From contig CAISYC010000049.1 of NCBI GenBank assembly GCA_903889565.1, positions 73,873 through 137,872 on the forward strand: DNA of 64,000 bases, given 5' to 3'. Shown in pieces: positions 34,993-43,661 of this stretch. The position numbers and the translations under genes are program-made. Source of the DNA: an uncultured beta proteobacterium. GTDB lineage: Bacteria; Pseudomonadota; Gammaproteobacteria; Burkholderiales; SG8-41. Within the stretch, counting starts at the first letter, position 1; each line of letters starts with the position of its first letter. The notes beneath the pieces are model-generated. The model searched no databases. It saw nothing but the letters and a program-made list of their open reading frames with translations, and was not told the DNA's origin.

Positions 34993-35976
34993 ATGCTGAA
35001 ACCGCGCCACGCAAATACTCTGTTGGCCATCGCATTGGCGTGCAACGTGATACCGGTGCGCGCACAGGACAAGCCGGCCGATTACCCGCTGCGGCCGATC
35101 CGAATCGTGGTCGGCATCGGGCCCGGCGGCGGGCTCGATCTGATGACGCGGCTGGGCGCGCAGAAAATCGCCGAGGGCTGGAACCAGTCGGTGATCGTCG
35201 ATAACCGTCCCGGCGGCGGCACCGTGATCGGCATGGACATCGTCGCCGCAGCGCCGGCCGACGGTTACACGCTGCTCGGCGCGTCGGAAACGCTGTTGCT
35301 CAACGGCGTGCTCGGCCGCGCCGCCTATGACATCCGCAAGGCGTTCATTCCGATCGTGCAGATCTGCGCGCAGAATTTCGCGCTGGTGGTGGTGCCGTCA
35401 CTGCCGGTGAAGTCGGTGCGCGAACTCATCGACTATGCGAAAGCAAAAGCCGGCGCGCTCGCCTACGGTTCGCAGGGCCTCGGCACCACCGGCCACCTCG
35501 CGATGGAACATTTCAAACTGCTCGCTGGCGCCGACCTCGTGCATGTGCCGTACAAGAGCGCCGGCGCCGCGCTGGTCGAAGTCATGGGTAACCAGGTGCA
35601 ACTGATGTTCGCCAGCACGGTATCGGCAACACAGCATATTCGCAGCGGCCGCCTGCGCGCGCTCGCCACCTCGGGGCTGCGCCGCGCACCCAACCTGCCC
35701 GAACTGCCGACGATCGCCGAGTCCGGCTACCCCGGATTCGACTGGGGCAACAGTTACAACCTGCTGGCACCGGCGGGCACACCGGTGCGCATCGTGCGCG
35801 CCCTCAATCTCGTCGTGCGTCAGGGCGTCAACACGCCCGCCACCGTCAACGCACTCGCCGCCGACGGCTCGGAACCGGCGCCGCCGATGCTGCCGGATGA
35901 TATGAAAAAGAAAATCGGCAGCGACTATGCGCGACTGGAAAAACTGATCAACACCATCAAGGTGAGTGTCCAGTAA
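34993..35976 (+). CDS. Bug/TctC-family substrate-binding protein
   Basis: 'YPLRPIRIVVGIGPGGGLD', 'VIVDNRPGGGT', 'HVPYKSAGA', 'PELPTIAESG'. Confidence 0.9.
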   Translation: MLKPRHANTLLAIALACNVIPVRAQDKPADYPLRPIRIVVGIGPGGGLDLMTRLGAQKIAEGWNQSVIVDNRPGGGTVIGMDIVAAAPADGYTLLGASETLLLNGVLGRAAYDIRKAFIPIVQICAQNFALVVVPSLPVKSVRELIDYAKAKAGALAYGSQGLGTTGHLAMEHFKLLAGADLVHVPYKSAGAALVEVMGNQVQLMFASTVSATQHIRSGRLRALATSGLRRAPNLPELPTIAESGYPGFDWGNSYNLLAPAGTPVRIVRALNLVVRQGVNTPATVNALAADGSEPAPPMLPDDMKKKIGSDYARLEKLINTIKVSVQ

Positions 35977-36139
35977 ACGAGACAGTTTTGCCGGCGCGCA
36001 ATACGGCCGGCACTTGACGCAGGTCAACGCAAGGCCCTTGCTCCGGTAGCAGCATGAATGCAGGAAGAATATTCTTTCTGCATGTGCTGCAGCGTGAATG
36101 ATCCGTGATTCGCGCGCGACACCGATCAAGGAGGTCGTC

Positions 36140-37570
36140 ATGAGCACTTCGAACAACAGTCTCAGCAGAAACCAGCGCATCGTGCGCTTCGCCGTGCTGG
36201 TTGCCGTCGGCGTCATCATCTGGTTCATGCCGATGCCGGCCGGTATCGATCACAAGGCGTGGCAGTTGTTTGCGATATTCGTCGCCACCATTCTGGGCCT
36301 GATCCTGCAGCCATTGCCGATGGGCGCCGTCGTGTTGATCGGCATGACCACCACCACGCTCACCGACACGCTGTCGATCGGCGACGCGCTGAACGGATTT
36401 TCGAACGGCACCGTGTGGCTGATCTTCGTCGCCTTTCTGTTTGCGCGCGCCTTCGCCAAGACCGGTCTCGGCCGCCGCGTCGCCTACTGGTTCATCCGCG
36501 CCTTCGGTCATAAAACGCTGGGCCTTGCCTATGCGCTGGCGGCCAGCGATCTGGTGCTCGCGCCGGGCATTCCGTCGGGCGCGGCGCGCACCGGCGGCGT
36601 GCTGTTTCCGATCGTGCGTTCACTCTCCAGCGCGTTCGGCTCCGAGCCCGGCGAAAGCGCAGGCAAGATCGGCCGCTTCATCCATCTGACCACCTATCAG
36701 GCGCACGGCATCAACTGCGCGATGTTTCTCACCGCGATGGCGGCCAATCCGATGATCGTCGAACTGGCGAAAAAAACCGCCAACGTCGAACTGACCTGGG
36801 GCACGTGGGCGCTGGCGGCCATCGTGCCGGGCCTGCTCTCGCTGCTGGTGGTGACTTATGTGATCTACCTGATCGACCGCCCGGAAATCCGCGAAACGCC
36901 GCAGGCGGCACAGATCGCGCGCGAGGAACTCGCCAGAATGGGTGCGGTCACCCGCGACGAAAAAGTCGTGCTCGGCACCTTCGCGCTGGCGCTGCTGCTG
37001 TGGATGACCGGCTCGATGACGCACATCGATGCCACCGTCGTCGCGCTGTTGGGACTCGGCCTGATGCTGCTGTTCGGCACCATCACCTGGGACGATGTGC
37101 TGGGCGAGCGCACCGGCTGGGACACGCTGATCTGGTTCGGCGGACTCGTCGGGCTGGCGACCATGCTGTCAAAGCTCGGCATGTTCAAATGGTTCGCCGC
37201 CACCGTTTCGACGGAAGTCACCGGCATGGCCTGGTTGCCGGCACTGGTCGTAATCGTGCTGCTCTACAACTACAGCGGATATCTGTTCGCCAGTCTCACC
37301 GCGCATACCGTGGCGCTCTATGTGCCGATGCTGACGGTCGCCGTCGCGGTCGGCGCGCCGCCGCTGTTCGCAGCCCTGCTGCTAGCCTTCTTCTCCAGCC
37401 TGTGCGTAAGCCTGACCCACTATGCGGGCGGCCCGGCACCGGTCTACTTCGGCAGCGGCTACGTCACGCTCAAACGCTGGTGGGCGATCGGCTTTCTGGT
37501 CAGCGTGATCAACATCGTGATCTGGCTCGGCATCGGCGGCGTCTACTGGCAGATGCTCGGTCTATTCTAA
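36140..37570 (+). CDS. DASS-family anion permease (di/tricarboxylate transporter-like)
   Basis: 476-aa polytopic protein. 'PSGAARTGGVLFPIV' and 'THYAGGPAPVYFGSGYV' resemble the two hairpin-tip motifs of CitT/TtdT-type DASS carriers. AAGGAGG SD precedes ATG 36140. Confidence 0.8.
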   Translation: MSTSNNSLSRNQRIVRFAVLVAVGVIIWFMPMPAGIDHKAWQLFAIFVATILGLILQPLPMGAVVLIGMTTTTLTDTLSIGDALNGFSNGTVWLIFVAFLFARAFAKTGLGRRVAYWFIRAFGHKTLGLAYALAASDLVLAPGIPSGAARTGGVLFPIVRSLSSAFGSEPGESAGKIGRFIHLTTYQAHGINCAMFLTAMAANPMIVELAKKTANVELTWGTWALAAIVPGLLSLLVVTYVIYLIDRPEIRETPQAAQIAREELARMGAVTRDEKVVLGTFALALLLWMTGSMTHIDATVVALLGLGLMLLFGTITWDDVLGERTGWDTLIWFGGLVGLATMLSKLGMFKWFAATVSTEVTGMAWLPALVVIVLLYNYSGYLFASLTAHTVALYVPMLTVAVAVGAPPLFAALLLAFFSSLCVSLTHYAGGPAPVYFGSGYVTLKRWWAIGFLVSVINIVIWLGIGGVYWQMLGLF

Positions 37571-37591
37571 AGGGCTGCATGTTAAAAATGA

Positions 37592-37625
37592 GGGGCGGGC
37601 ATTTGGCCCGCCCCTTATCGTTTGT
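37592..37625 (+). terminator. intrinsic terminator after DASS permease
   Basis: ggggcgggc-atttg-gcccgcccc is a 9-bp GC stem, followed by ttatcgtttgt. Confidence 0.75.
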
Positions 37626-37636
37626 ACCGCAATGCC

Positions 37637-37672
37637 GTAGGGCGCAATAAGCGCAGCGCCTTGCGCCGCATG
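37637..37672 (+). repeat. REP (RAYT-flanking type), GTAG head + hairpin
   Basis: gtagggcgcaataagcgcagcgccttgcgccgcatg. GTAG is followed by the 7-bp stem ggcgcaa/ttgcgcc. Confidence 0.85.
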
Positions 37673-38203
37673 TCAGTCATCATATCCCAACGTCTCCGCC
37701 GCTCCTCCCGACCAGTCCAGCGAATATATCCCCGCCTCGACCAGCTTGTGAAAAGTCGAATACGGCCAATCGGCAACGCGACTGATAAGGCCATGTTTGA
37801 CCGGATTGAAATGCACGTAGTCCATGTGCGCCTGCATGTCTGCGTGATCGCGTATCACATGCTCCCAATAACGCCGCTGCCAGATGCCGCGCTCACCCCG
37901 CGCCGCGCGTACCGGCGACAGACGTTCCTCCTTTGGCAGGGCTTTGGAGAATTCAATCTTGATCAGCCGCCAGCGTGTGGCGAAATCCGTGTCGCCGCGC
38001 GGCAGTTCCATCACGCAATGCAGGTGTTCGGGCAATACGACCCAGCCGTGAATATGAAACGAGTGGCGCGCACGCACCGAGCGCACGACGCTGCGCAGCA
38101 GATCAATATGTCGCGTGAGCAGGTCATTGCCGTGCCGTTTAAGCAGATTGACCGTGAAAAAATAAGTTCCGCCTGCATGCCAGGCGCGACGATAGTTGGG
38201 CAT
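37673..38203 (-). CDS. REP-associated tyrosine transposase (RAYT, IS200/IS605-like Y1 transposase)
   Basis: HUH motif 'WVVLPEHLHCVM' and catalytic-Tyr region 'MDYVHFNPVKHGLI'. 176 aa. Flanked by inverted REPs. Confidence 0.85.
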   Translation of the reverse strand: MPNYRRAWHAGGTYFFTVNLLKRHGNDLLTRHIDLLRSVVRSVRARHSFHIHGWVVLPEHLHCVMELPRGDTDFATRWRLIKIEFSKALPKEERLSPVRAARGERGIWQRRYWEHVIRDHADMQAHMDYVHFNPVKHGLISRVADWPYSTFHKLVEAGIYSLDWSGGAAETLGYDD

Positions 38204-38225
38204 GCGGAAGTATTGCAGTCGGTTA

Positions 38226-38261
38226 CATGCGGCGCAATGCGCTGCGCTTATTGCGCCCTAC
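38226..38261 (-). repeat. REP (RAYT-flanking type), inverted copy
   Basis: The reverse complement reads gtagggcgcaataagcgcagcgcattgcgccgcatg. It differs from the left copy at one base in the loop. Confidence 0.85.
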
Positions 38262-38293
38262 CCGTCTACAAATCGAAGGCCCGCTTGGGGCGC

Positions 38294-38318
38294 AAAAAAA
38301 AAGCGGGCTTGCGCCCGC
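38294..38318 (-). terminator. intrinsic terminator after TPP enzyme gene
   Basis: The minus strand reads gcgggc-gcaa-gcccgc followed by a T9 run. It lies 23 nt downstream of the stop at 38341. Confidence 0.8.
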
Positions 38319-38340
38319 CTTTTAATTTTATCGCCCGGGA

Positions 38341-39990
38341 TTATTCATCCAATCCGTAGTGAATGCGCCGATACGGCAGCGAAACGACATCGTGCGAGAT
38401 GCGCACGTCGATCAGCATCGGACCCGGCTTGGCCACCCATTCGGCCGCGGCCTTGCGCACATCCTCGACGCTCTTGGCCATCACGCCTCGGCCGCCATAG
38501 CCGCGCGCCACCGCGCCGAGATCCGGACTCGGAATCATCGAGGTTGCCGCGTTCATTTTGTGCGCATCGAGCTTGTAGTATTCGGCGCCCAGCATCTCGT
38601 TGTTCTGCACCACCATCAGCAGCGGCACCTTGTGCCGCACCATGGTGTCGAATTCGTTCAGATGCATCATGGTGCTGGCCTCGCCGTCCACCAGCATCGC
38701 CGGCTTGTTGCCGCGCGCCATCACCGCGCCGATCGCCGCCGGCATCATCTGCCCGATGCAACCGTAGAAGTGCCCCGGCATCACAACGTCGCGGCGGCGC
38801 CGGAACAGGATGTTCGAGAAACCCGCGGTGTGGCCGCTGCCGGTATAGAGGCTGATGTTCTCGGGCACCACTTCGTCGAGTGCGAGCACGACTTCGCGCG
38901 GATCGGCGGTGCCGGCTTCGATCTTGTACTCGTGACGGTCTTCCCACGCATTGCCGAGACGCTCGCGCACCTCGCCGGTACGGTAACCGGTCTGCTTGAA
39001 CGAACGTTTGGCCAGCACGCCTTCCAGCGCCTCGGTGCCGATCCTCGCATCGGCCTGCATGTAGATGTCGGCGGCGCGCACGCCGTGGATCATCACGTGC
39101 TGTTTGGCGTCGATGTGAATGAATTTGGCGTTGGCGTAAAGATAGCCATGCTCGGTGGTGTAGCGGTTGAGGCTGGCGCCGACGGCGACCACGCAGTCGG
39201 ATTCTTCGCACAACTCCATCGCTGTCTTGGTCGCGTAGGTGCCGGACACGCCGAGGTGAAAATCGTCTTCCGACAGCCAGGTCTTCGCCATGAGTGTGGT
39301 GATGATCAACGCGCCGGAGCGCTCGGCGAGTTTCTTGATCGCATCGCCCGCGCCCGCCCACATGGCGCCGCGGCCGACCAGGATGATCGGATGTTTGGCC
39401 TTGCACAGCATGTCGGCCGCGCGCTCGAGCACGTCCGGATCCGGCCGCACCTGCCGCGACGGCATCAGCGTGGCGGAGGTGACGTAATCGTCGTCGTCCT
39501 CGAACTCCTGCTGCTGCACGTCCATCGGCGCGCTCAGCATCACCGGCTTGGAATTTATTTTGGCGAGGTAAAACGCCTTGCGTACGGCGTCGTCGGCGGC
39601 GTCGGCGGTCGCCACGCGCACGAACTGGGTCTCGCAGGCGGCGGCGAACGGCGCCTGCTCCATGCGCTGGTTGTATTCGTCGTCGTTGGTCGGATGCTCG
39701 CCGCAGAAGGCGACCACCGGTGAGGACGCGCGCGACGCAGTGATCAGCGCGGTGGCCAGTTGCGACACGCCCGGTCCACAGGTCGCGGTGGCGCAGGCCG
39801 GCTGGCGCGTTGCGCGTGCCCAGCCGTCGGCCATGCCGAGTCCGGCGCCTTCATGGCGCACTTCGACGTCGGTGGCGCCGAGTTTGATCATTTCGTTCAG
39901 CCAGTACATGTTCCCGTCGCCCATGATGCCGAACGTGTGCGTGATGCCTTCGGCCCTGAATGCGCGGGCCATGCGTTGATACACCTTCAT
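38341..39990 (-). CDS. thiamine-pyrophosphate-dependent enzyme (acetolactate-synthase-like), second copy
   Basis: 'FRAEGITHTFGIMGDGNMYWLNE'. C-terminal ThDP region 'VDGEASTMMHLNEFDTMVRHKVPLLMVVQNNE'. Confidence 0.85.
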   Translation of the reverse strand: MKVYQRMARAFRAEGITHTFGIMGDGNMYWLNEMIKLGATDVEVRHEGAGLGMADGWARATRQPACATATCGPGVSQLATALITASRASSPVVAFCGEHPTNDDEYNQRMEQAPFAAACETQFVRVATADAADDAVRKAFYLAKINSKPVMLSAPMDVQQQEFEDDDDYVTSATLMPSRQVRPDPDVLERAADMLCKAKHPIILVGRGAMWAGAGDAIKKLAERSGALIITTLMAKTWLSEDDFHLGVSGTYATKTAMELCEESDCVVAVGASLNRYTTEHGYLYANAKFIHIDAKQHVMIHGVRAADIYMQADARIGTEALEGVLAKRSFKQTGYRTGEVRERLGNAWEDRHEYKIEAGTADPREVVLALDEVVPENISLYTGSGHTAGFSNILFRRRRDVVMPGHFYGCIGQMMPAAIGAVMARGNKPAMLVDGEASTMMHLNEFDTMVRHKVPLLMVVQNNEMLGAEYYKLDAHKMNAATSMIPSPDLGAVARGYGGRGVMAKSVEDVRKAAAEWVAKPGPMLIDVRISHDVVSLPYRRIHYGLDE

Positions 39991-40030
39991 CGTGCTCCTC
40001 CCGTTATGGATGCCGCCGGTTGTTGCTCTG

Positions 40031-40495
40031 TCAGCTTGTCGCCGGTTGCGCGAAGTGCGCCGCCAGACGTTCCGAAAAATCGGCGGTCATTTTCTTGACC
40101 ACCATGTTGGCCCCCGCCTCGACCACCGACGACAGGCGGCCGGAGATCTCGACCTCGGCCTTGAAATCGATCGTCGAGCCCGGCGGCTCCGTCTGCGGCG
40201 AAACGTGGAAGGTCATCGACGCATTGAAACGCGTGCCGCCCTGATTGTCCTTGCCGCGCGAGCTGACCTTGCCGGTCATTGTCGACGCATCGAGTTCGAG
40301 TCCGATGCGCGCCTTGAAGGCGACCTTGGCCGGTCCGAATTTGACGATGATGCCGGCGTCGAAACTGCCGTCGTCGTGATGCTCGCCGAGGCTCGCCCCG
40401 GGCACGCAACTGACCACCGCCTGCGGATTCGACAGCAGGTCCCACACGGTCTGCGGCGCGGCCGGCGCGTAGACCTGTTCGTTGACTTCGATCAT
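40031..40495 (-). CDS. SRPBCC / CoxG-family protein
   Basis: 'MIEVNEQVYAPAAPQTVWDLLSNPQAVVSCVPGA...FKAEVEISGRLSSVVEAGANMVVKKMTADFSERL' matches carbon-monoxide dehydrogenase subunit G-like proteins. ATG at 40495. Confidence 0.7.
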   Translation of the reverse strand: MIEVNEQVYAPAAPQTVWDLLSNPQAVVSCVPGASLGEHHDDGSFDAGIIVKFGPAKVAFKARIGLELDASTMTGKVSSRGKDNQGGTRFNASMTFHVSPQTEPPGSTIDFKAEVEISGRLSSVVEAGANMVVKKMTADFSERLAAHFAQPATS

Positions 40496-40648
40496 GTCCG
40501 GGAATTCTTGTGGTTGTGCCGCGTGAATTGTTTTCGTCGCCGCCGGCCGCAACGCAAAAATAAATTCAACCGGCAACGCTGCCGCGCGTGGAACGGCGGA
40601 CATCGTTATTATGCTACGGATTGGCGCCGGCCGTCAGGCGCGGCGGGT

Positions 40649-41527
40649 TCAATGCGTGACGGCCTGATCCGGAAAGAATTCGTTCATCATGAAATCCTCG
40701 AGATAGGCATTATCGCGCTGGCGCGCCGACAGTTTCATCTCGCGGCCGAGCCGTCTTGATTCCCACAGAAAATCGTCGTTTTCGTAATCGCGGATGATGG
40801 CGATCATGCGCCGCACGACCGCGATGCGGATGTCGGCGTTGTTGCCCTTGCTGACTTCGAGGATCTGCATGGTCTTGCGTTTGATCTCGCGGTTCCAGCC
40901 GTAGAAGGCGACCTCGGCATCGAACAGCGACATGCGCCGGATCTGGAACACGCCGCCTCCGGCGGCCGGATCGTAACCGAACACCATTTGCTTCGGCGTC
41001 AGATTGGCGGCGGTGATGCGGCGCGCGCGCTCGGCCTCGGTTTCCGCCGGCGCCGAAGCGATCATGCCCGGCGACGGCGATGCCGGCGCGGATGATGCAT
41101 TGGCGCGCCGTCTTGCCTCGACGTCTGACAGAAAATCGCCGGCCACCGGCGGCTGTGGCGGCGCCGGTGCGGCTGGCGCGGGGGCCGGCGCCGGCTGCGC
41201 GGGCGCGCTCGGCCGCGTATTGAGCGCAATCACCGGCGGCGCCTGCGGCGCCGGTCGCGCCGCCTTCGGCTGATGCCGCGGGACCGCCTTCGGCGGCGGT
41301 TCGGGCGGCGGCGATTCGGGCTGGGCGCGCGACGGCGAGGGCGCGATGCGCACCGCCAGCGCGCCGGCGTTCTGTCCCTGCTCCGGTTCGTCGAGGGTCA
41401 TGTGATGCAGCAGTTTCGGCATCTCGCGATAGAGCAGAGCCGCGTGGACCAGCACCGACACCATGACGGCGATCCAGATTCGCGGAATCGTCACGCCATC
41501 GCGCGGGCGTTCAAATGAAAACGTCAT
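40649..41527 (-). CDS. hypothetical membrane-anchored proline-rich protein (TonB-like architecture)
   Basis: N-terminal TM 'IWIAVMVSVLVHAALL'. A ~110-aa Pro/Ala-rich spacer follows. The ~120-aa C-terminal domain is not recognised. Confidence 0.6.
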   Translation of the reverse strand: MTFSFERPRDGVTIPRIWIAVMVSVLVHAALLYREMPKLLHHMTLDEPEQGQNAGALAVRIAPSPSRAQPESPPPEPPPKAVPRHQPKAARPAPQAPPVIALNTRPSAPAQPAPAPAPAAPAPPQPPVAGDFLSDVEARRRANASSAPASPSPGMIASAPAETEAERARRITAANLTPKQMVFGYDPAAGGGVFQIRRMSLFDAEVAFYGWNREIKRKTMQILEVSKGNNADIRIAVVRRMIAIIRDYENDDFLWESRRLGREMKLSARQRDNAYLEDFMMNEFFPDQAVTH

Positions 41528-41548
41528 GTCGATGCCGGCGTGCCCGCG

Positions 41549-42523
41549 CTACTCGACCGAGACGCCGGCGCGTCGCACCACTGCGGCCCAGCGCTGCAGA
41601 TCGGTCACCATCAGTTTGCCGAATTCATCGGCACTGCTGGCGCGCGCATCGACGCCCTGGTTCGACAGGCGTTCGCGCACTTCGGGCGAATTGATGGCGG
41701 CGACGATTTCAGCATTCAATCGCTGAGCAATCTCAGGCGGCAGTTTCGCCGGGCCGACAAAACCGTACCACAGGCTCGCCTCATAGCCGGGCACGCCGGC
41801 CTCGGCCACCGTCGGCAACTCGGGCAGCGCGGGCGAACGCGCCGCACCGGTGGTGGCGAGCGCGCGCAGGCGCCCGGTGCGCACATGCGGCACCATCGAC
41901 AGCGCGGTGCCGAAACTCATCGAGACCTGGCCGCCCATCAGATCGGACACCGCCAGCGACATGCCTTTGTACGGAATGTGCACCATCTTCGTGTTGGTCA
42001 TGGTTTCAAACAACGCGCCGGCCAGATGCCCGGAGGCGCCGACACCGGCGGAGACATAAGTCAGTTGCCCGGGGCGCGCCTTCGCGAGCGCAATCAGTTC
42101 GCGCACGTTCTTCGCCGGCACCGAGGGATGGATCGCCAATACCATCGGGCTCGATCCGGCGAGCGACAACGGCGTGAAGTCCTTGATCGAATCGAACGGC
42201 AACTTTTTGTAAAGACTGGCATTGACCGCATGGCCGCTTGGAATGAGCGTGATGGTATAGCCGTCGGGGGCGGCGCGCGCCGCCGCCTCGGTGCCGATGA
42301 TGCCGTTGGCACCCGTGCGGTTTTCGACGATCACCTGCTGCTTCATCGACTCGGTCAGTTTTTGCGCCACCGCGCGGCAGATGCCGTCATTGCCGCCGCC
42401 CGGCGGAAAAATAGAAATGATGCGGATCGGCCTGGCCGGATATCCGCTTTGCGCGAACGCAGGCATAGCGCCGGCGCCAAGCGCCAGCACTGCTGTAAGC
42501 GCGCTGTAAGAAATGGTCTTCAT
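41549..42523 (-). CDS. Bug/TctC-family substrate-binding protein
   Basis: 'YPARPIRIISIFPPGGGND', 'VIVENRTGANG', 'HIPYKGMSL', 'PELPTVAEAGV'. ATG at 42523. Confidence 0.9.
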   Translation of the reverse strand: MKTISYSALTAVLALGAGAMPAFAQSGYPARPIRIISIFPPGGGNDGICRAVAQKLTESMKQQVIVENRTGANGIIGTEAAARAAPDGYTITLIPSGHAVNASLYKKLPFDSIKDFTPLSLAGSSPMVLAIHPSVPAKNVRELIALAKARPGQLTYVSAGVGASGHLAGALFETMTNTKMVHIPYKGMSLAVSDLMGGQVSMSFGTALSMVPHVRTGRLRALATTGAARSPALPELPTVAEAGVPGYEASLWYGFVGPAKLPPEIAQRLNAEIVAAINSPEVRERLSNQGVDARASSADEFGKLMVTDLQRWAAVVRRAGVSVE

Positions 42524-42697
42524 GTTGGTGTCCGATTGGACATTATCCATACAGGGAAAATCCGCGTACGGCGACTGATTTTTCAAAACTTTACGCATTT
42601 TTCCGGCGACGTGCCTGCACGACGCCGCAGCAGCGCCAATCAAATATTTTGTGACCGGTCGCAGAATATACAAGGCGCCACGGTGCGCGGCGAATTT

Positions 42698-43639
42698 TCA
42701 GAGCAGCAGTTCCGGCCGGCCCAACTGCAGCATGAAACCCAGTTCGTCGGCGAAGGTCCAGCTCTCGACCCAGCGGCCATCGACGAAACGCGCGATCATC
42801 GCCACCGGCACGCCGACGGTGCGGCCGGTCGGCGCGATGCCGGCGAGCGTTCCCGTGTGCGTGCCGCCGGTATTGAAACGCATCCACACGGTGTCGCCCT
42901 CGGCCATCATCGCCTCGATGCGGTCGCGGCGGTCGGGAATCGCGGCATCCAGTGCGAGTTCGCCGTGGCCGGCGGCGAGACTGCAGGCGCGCAGATGATG
43001 AAAGCCGTTGCGCAGCGAGCGATGTCCCGGCGCGCGGCCGCTGCCGGCGTGCGCGGCGCGCGATTGCGCAACGACGATTTTATTGTTGTTCAGTTCATCC
43101 GGCTCTGCAGCGAGCTGCTGCACCAGCGCATCGACTTCCTCGCCGCCGCGCGCGAGCGGCGGCGCGATTGTGTTGCCGTCGGCGCGCGCCGGCAGTTTGA
43201 CGCCGAGCTGTTTCAACAGCGCGGTCTCGTCCATCATGAACCAGCCTTCGACCATCTGGCCATTCAAAAGGCGCAGCCAGGCGATTTCATAAACGTCGAT
43301 TTTGCGACCGGTCGGCGCGATGCCGAAGAAAGGGCCCGTGTGCGTGCCGGTAACGCGGAACAGCAGGCCGACGCGGTCGCCGTCGGCGATCACCTGTTCC
43401 ATCACATCGACGCGATCGGGAAACGCATCGCGCAGATACATGCCCGGATGGGCCCAGCCCTGCTCGCGGGCGTTGCTGGCGAGATGAAAATTGCCGCCGC
43501 GCGCGCGATCGTAGTTGGCGGCGAGCACCTCCCGCTCGACCTGCGGCATGACGGGCGTGCCCTGCGATTTTTTGAAACGAAGGGCAATGGCAACATTGGC
43601 GGCAAGCTGGCCGCCGCGACGGGGATCGGCGTGATTCAT
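42698..43639 (-). CDS. tandem SnoaL-like ester cyclase domain protein
   Basis: Two repeats of the pattern seen in 209..613 ('VIADGDRVGLLFRVTGTHTGPFFGIAPTGRKIDVYEIAWLRLLNGQMVEGWFMMD' and 'MMAEGDTVWMRFNTGGTHTGTLAGIAPTGRTVGVPVAMIARFVDGRWVESWTFAD'). ATG at 43639. Confidence 0.7.
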   Translation of the reverse strand: MNHADPRRGGQLAANVAIALRFKKSQGTPVMPQVEREVLAANYDRARGGNFHLASNAREQGWAHPGMYLRDAFPDRVDVMEQVIADGDRVGLLFRVTGTHTGPFFGIAPTGRKIDVYEIAWLRLLNGQMVEGWFMMDETALLKQLGVKLPARADGNTIAPPLARGGEEVDALVQQLAAEPDELNNNKIVVAQSRAAHAGSGRAPGHRSLRNGFHHLRACSLAAGHGELALDAAIPDRRDRIEAMMAEGDTVWMRFNTGGTHTGTLAGIAPTGRTVGVPVAMIARFVDGRWVESWTFADELGFMLQLGRPELLL

Positions 43640-43661
43640 GGGCGTCTTTCCGGGTTGAGGG

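Larger units (their letters stand above)
37637..38261 (-). mobile_element. RAYT unit: tyrosine-transposase gene bracketed by inverted REPs
   Basis: 36-nt arms at 37637-37672 and 38226-38261 are reverse complements with one mismatch. They enclose the RAYT CDS. The unit sits between the terminators of two convergent genes. Confidence 0.8.
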
